A DNA stretch of 39,709 bases from a candidate division FCPU426 bacterium. GTDB taxonomy: Bacteria; Oederibacteriota; JAAXVQ01; JAUVAV01. Below the pieces are notes generated by a model. That model did no database searches. It saw only the letters and a list, made by a program, of their open reading frames with translations, and was not told where the DNA came from. The stretch lies in contig DAOWGI010000097.1 of the NCBI GenBank assembly GCA_030637655.1, positions 1 to 39,709 of the forward strand, written 5' to 3'. The position numbers and the translations under genes were made by a program. Below, piece by piece: positions 30,001-36,000 of the stretch (its first letter is position 1; every line of letters begins with the position of its first letter).

Positions 30001-33000
30001 CAGCAAGGTTGCCTTGGCTTTCTCCCTGATTTCCAGTATCTTTTTCTCATCCTTCATCACATCTTCCGGCACACGTAAAATAAGGTAATCAGTTTCAATT
30101 TTTCTATCTTCTTCTGAAGCCAGTCTGGACTGCTCGGCAAATTCCATGATAATCTCGTCAATCTTAGCAATATCTGTGATAGAATCCGGATTTTCGTGTT
30201 TTGGTTTGTAGGGATCACCAGAGTCGTCTACTGCATAAAGTTCCCATTGCAAATTTTCATTCCAGGCAAAATTGTCATCCAATTGTTCGACTTTTTGGCG
30301 CAGCGCATCTTCACCACTGGGATGGCCGAGCGGTGACTCGGATATATTAGGCTGCAAACGATTGATCTCGCCATACATAGAAAAACCCATGCCCACGCGC
30401 AGTTTGCGCGGATTCCCAGCTTTATCCGTAGACAGTTGATCCTGAGTGATTTGCGCGGCATCCACTTTAGACCAGGCTAATTTCATGATATAGCGGAACA
30501 TGGTCCAGTCTTCATCCAATTTATCTCTTAGATTGAGCACCTGCACTGTCTGGCCCAATTTTATATTCCTTTGATACTCTTCCCAACGTGCGAGACCGGC
30601 TTTTGCTTCAGCAGCCTCCACGTCTGTTACTATCTTTCCGGCATCACGCCGTGCAACCATTTCAGCATACAATTCCTTCCCGGCAAAGAGTTTCCGGTTC
30701 TCTTTATGACTCAGCACTATAAAAGGCAATGGCGCTGCTCCGTTACCAGCTTGCGCAAGTTTCATAATATCAGCAACTCGCTCACCAACAGCAATACCGT
30801 CATTACCGGCAATAACACGAATCTCTTTGCGCAGGTTTTCCAAAACCTTGGCAGCAGCTCTCACCTTAGTGCGTTGAACTCTTTTGGCTAACAGACCTAA
30901 CCCGGGAAAACCCCGATCTGCATCTTTAATTTTAACCAAACCCTCAATGCGTTCATCAATAATAACTTCCAAGCGGTCAGCCAGATCGCTTGGTTTCATT
31001 TTTTCAAACTCAGTTTGGTTTTTATGTGCTTCCCATTTTAAAGCACTATTTGCTTTTTTGACCAAATCATTGGCTTTTTTCTCAATAGAAGTTAATTTAA
31101 TATCCTTACCAATATCAACCAAACGGTACTCTGCCAAACCGCACAATAAATCCTGGTCTGTTTTCTTTTCATCAAACTGTTTGCGCACAAAAGTTTTTAC
31201 CTCTTTATTTCCGGATAGCAGCACAGCTGCAATAAAACTGGAAACTGCCATAGACAAAGCTGTGTCAGCCTGCAAATACGTCATTTTATCTTTTTTATTC
31301 GAATGTTTATCCAATTCAGCTTGTGCACGCATCTGGAAAGCCCTGGATTTAAACCAGCTCAGCGTAGCCTTAAATTGCTCCAGGGTCAGGTCCTGTTTTT
31401 CCACCAGTTCGCGCAGTTTTTTAACTGCAGCAACTTTGTCGTCACTACGCCATAGTGCATCAAAAAGTTCATCTCCCGCAGCGCCCTTAAATATGCTATC
31501 TCCGGAACCTACCTGCACATCGATCTCAGCAGCTCTATCCGGCTGGTCAGGCGACTTGAAAAAACGTATCAGCCGGCCGATCACCGGATTCATAGCCCAA
31601 TTGCCCCAGGTGTGGCTGGAATAGGATTCGTGAGTTAAAATAGCTTGATACAGATCGCGCTCCACTTTGTTCCGGCTAAATTTGAGATCACGTAAAGCTG
31701 CAATCTGTTCTTTTGTCAGCTCTCCGCGGTCTCGGGCTATGGCATCGCCGCCCGGCATAACACGCTTGATAATCCGGCTCCAGTGGTTTGTCTGCCAGGC
31801 GGTTAGGAAAGGAATCATGGCGCCGATCACAGCCACTAAGCTGGTCGTGAGAATCGTGTTATAGGCGCCGGCACCGAGCAAGAATGTTAAACCAAAATAC
31901 GTCAGCGCGGCCAGTACCATACCAACCACACCTGTACCAAACGCACGCTTCGCAGTCTGCGAAGCAGCGGCAGCGCTATAATCATGTCCAATAATCCCAC
32001 GGCAGAATCTGTCGACACGTTTGGTAATGGTTTCTATGGGTATGGAAAGTTGTAAATTAACCGAATGATTCTGTGAATCCTTTTCAAACTTCCAATCATC
32101 AGCAGTTAAAGCATAAAATAGCTGCAACTGTGTTCCACCGGGCGTAGTCCAGGTTGGGCCCGTACGCAGATACGGTGAAAATTGTCCGCGAGCCCGTAGT
32201 TCGCCGTTTTCTTTAAAGTCAAACAAACCGGCATCCGTAGCTTGGATCCCTGTGCCCCAGCTTAAGACATTACCGTCACTCCAGCTCCTGCCAATCGTAA
32301 AGGCAGGACCTATTGCCAACCCTTGCTGAGCCGGCGTTCGTCCCTGAGCTGCCAATTCAGGCATATACCGTAATATACTGTAACGGGCGGACAAACCCAT
32401 ATCATAGAACCACTGATTGCGTGAGCCCCATTTCCACTGGCTGTTAATGCTTCCAACAGCTGTAATATCACCATAAGGCCGTAGCTTGCTATAATCTGTA
32501 TACAAACCAAGCGTAGATTCAAGCCCCAAACCATACGACCAGCTAAATCTGTCTGTTATTGTTGGTTTTGAAATGCGGTACAAGGTCCCCCAATCCGGCG
32601 CGTAGGTTAATTCAACAATAAATCCCCAGGTGGCGCCTTCGCGTTCATCCTCCCACATTTTTTCCTCAATATCACGCAGCCATTGGTCACCGCCAATACT
32701 GCCCAGGCGAAAACGTAACTGGGGTGATATTCTCGAATTCCATAACAGGCTCTGATTTTCAGTGCTAAAATCAATAGTAGAAGCCAGTATCCGCTCGGCA
32801 AAGGGATTCAAACGCAGACGCTCGACAGCTTTACCATAACTGGTGTAATCCCAGGGCAGATCCAGACGTTTGATATCTGTAGCAGCCTTGGTATCTGACG
32901 GCGTTTTCTTGAGCATCATCTGAAAGTGCTTGCCAAAATCCCTAAACTTGGTCGTTTTCTTCTTCTCCGCGTGCTTTAAGGCGGCGTTCGCGTCTTCCTC

Positions 33001-36000
33001 AACAATGGATTTCTTGGCTTTTTTAATTTCAGTCTCCGGCACCTGGACAACCAGCGTTTTATCTTCAATGTGTTCAGGGCTTTCTTTTTTCGCGATCCTG
33101 ACAATATTATCTTTAGTGATTTTTTCAATCCCAATTTCCTGCCGAGCCTCACTTGTTCTCTCTGTCTTTTTCTCCACCGGTTTTACCGCTGCAGAAACTA
33201 TTTCCATTTCCACCTTGGTCTCTTTTTCCGCCACCAGGCTTATGCCGGGGCGATCACCAACTTTTTTTGTCTCTGCTGCTTGAAATTGCCCTGCCGGCAT
33301 ATTTAAAAAGGATAAAATAAGTATTATGGCAAAAACTTTCTTCCATCCGCCGGAAAACCAATTTTCGAATTTTAACCGGTGTATTACGCGACGCAGCTGT
33401 ATTATGAAAAAAGCCATGCTGCCAACAATCAGCCCCTGCGTTATTACAGTTGCAACTCCGAGGCCTTCCATAAACCCGGGTATTTGCAGCCCGCCTACTA
33501 TTAAGACGCCTACTACCGCTCCGATTCCGGCCAGTGCCAGGAATTGGCGGGAAGTAAGACCTCGCACGGTTCGCACTACCCCCTGGATGGAAGCAATCAT
33601 TCCATTCTGGATTTTTTTAAATAATTCAACACCAGGCGATCTAAAGCGGCGCACTGAATAGGAAATTAAGAAAATTGCTGCTATTATAGCAACACTTACA
33701 CCGATTACTTCCAGATACGGGGATGACAAAATGTCAGCGAGCAGACTACTAAAATTTACAGCCATTGGTTGGGCCGCTTGTTGCGCAGCTGCAACAACTT
33801 CCTTTGCCGCTTGAGGAGCAACTTGCACAATATCAGCCAGTGGCTGTACGGCTGCTTTCGCAATTTCAACCATTGGCTCTGCGGCTGCCGGTATATTCTC
33901 AGCAGTTTGTTTCACTGCTTCTATTGCTGCCGGTTCTAAATCAACCACCTGCTTGGCTACTTCTGATACAACCGATTGAGAAGTCTCTATAATCGCGCCT
34001 TTGGCGTGTTGTGCCGCGTCACCCAACTTTTCCGCAACTATTTGTATTTTTTGACCTGGAAAGATTTTATCAATATTTATAATCGACGGATTTAAAGCTT
34101 GAATCGCCTCTGCGGTAGTGCCCAAGCGGGCGGCAATCATGCCAAGCCAGTCACCCTTGGTAACAGTATACAAAACCGAAGTAGAAGCCTGAGCAAAACT
34201 GGTTAAAGGTCCGAGTAGTAACGCTGCTACCGCGCCCACTCCAACTTTCACCCATTTCGATGATAACCAGCCTGATTGTATTTGATCTCCAACTGATTCC
34301 GGCTTACTGTCTGCAAGAATGGCAAGCGGCCCTTTTGAAGACCAATCGCGAACAGCGCGCATTATTTCCGGCAAATTTAAGGCAACCATGACGACCGCGG
34401 CAATGACAGCGCTGACCGGTCCAGGCACACCCGCGAAAAGAGTCAACCCGATGCCCAGGAAAATAATCCCTACACTGGCAATAAAGCGAACGCTGTGGTT
34501 TAATTTTCCCTTCTCATCAAAAAATTGCCGGCTAAAATCGTTACGAAGATTACTCAAGCTGCTGCCAACATTATTTCTAAAATTGCCTGCCATGTTCGGA
34601 AGTCCGGTAGTAATGCCGCTAAACGCCTGGGTGAAATTTTTAAAAGCGCCATTCTGTTGGCCGGTGACCAGCACCGCGCCGCCGGTGGTCATAATGGCCA
34701 TAGGAGCCATGAGCTGGATCAAACCGGCACGCAGTCTTGTGCCACCATGCCTAACACCGGCCCGGCCGCCTGCCAGAATTCGCTCTTGCACTTGGGCTAT
34801 TGTCTCATTATCCATGACCACAATCTCATACTGAAAACCGGCCATGTCCAGGCGCGCCAATTCCAGAGCACCAAGCTGTTGATTCGCGCCGCGCGGCTGA
34901 ATAATGGCTGAAACACTAATGCCTTGGAAAGGCACAATATAGGTGTTGCCGGAAGATACCACATTTTCCCAATCCACAACCAAACCATTGGCATAAGGAT
35001 AATTGGCCATATCCGCTTCACAGGCAGTCCGGATTTCGCTTACTTTGGATTTGCCGCTTTCCACCTCGTTGGCAAAATCGATTTTCTGCAGAACCATACG
35101 CATGAGGTTTACAAACACGCGTACGTTTTCCGGCTGCGCTGCTTCCTCTTCCGGAGTAAGCAGGCGGCTCACCCATTCTCCGTCCGCATTACACAGGAGA
35201 GCCTCCCTAACTTGCGGAGATTCAGGAGCCAAGGATAAGATATTTTGGTTTTCAGCCAAAAGTTTTTCCAGAGGAGTTTTGCGATTACGCATCAAGGCGA
35301 AATAGGGATTGACCAAATTTTTGTGAGTAATACGCGGACGCACGGACAAATACGAAATACCGCGAGCCTGCATTTCCTGCAAAACACGTTCCGTGTGAAA
35401 CCCCCCGGTTACCATAACAGCCGTCTGAGTGCTGTATCGATTCATTTTACGCAGAGTGTTGGACACAAACACTTCCGAGCGTTCATCTGCCATGCGATAA
35501 AACGCCGACACTTTTTCCAAGTATTTATCCAAGCCATACACTTCCGCGTCCAACAGCATATCGCTTAAGGTGTCGTGTTTTTTAATCAAGTTCACAAAGT
35601 GCTTTACTGTGTACGCATCAGGATTTTGCTGAAAGGCTGTTAATTCTTCCGGCGTAGCAGAGATGTTCAGCAATTTTTCCATCAAATCGAGTTTGGCCAA
35701 GGCGTCATCCAATTGCTGCTGCGCGTCAGTGGTATACAGACAACTGCGGATATCCGCATCCAAAGTATCGATTTCCTGATAAACAGCATCCGAATCCACG
35801 TCTTGCGGCATCACATTACGACGGACGGAAACGTACTTGGCGAGATTCACCTGCGCGCTGAGATCCAACTTAATCCGGCAGCCATATCTGACCAAATAGA
35901 CCGCGTACTTTATAAGCGAAATTTCACCTTCGCGATACGCCAGTTTCCGATCATCCAATTCCTGCAATTCCGGGTTATATATCCCGGTTTTCAATTCATG

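Noticed and set aside
28900-30210. Intein as the explanation for the GT2 insertion
   Set aside because: No N-terminal Cys/Ser block, C-terminal His-Asn or LAGLIDADG motif is visible, and the insert is hydrophobic and helical.
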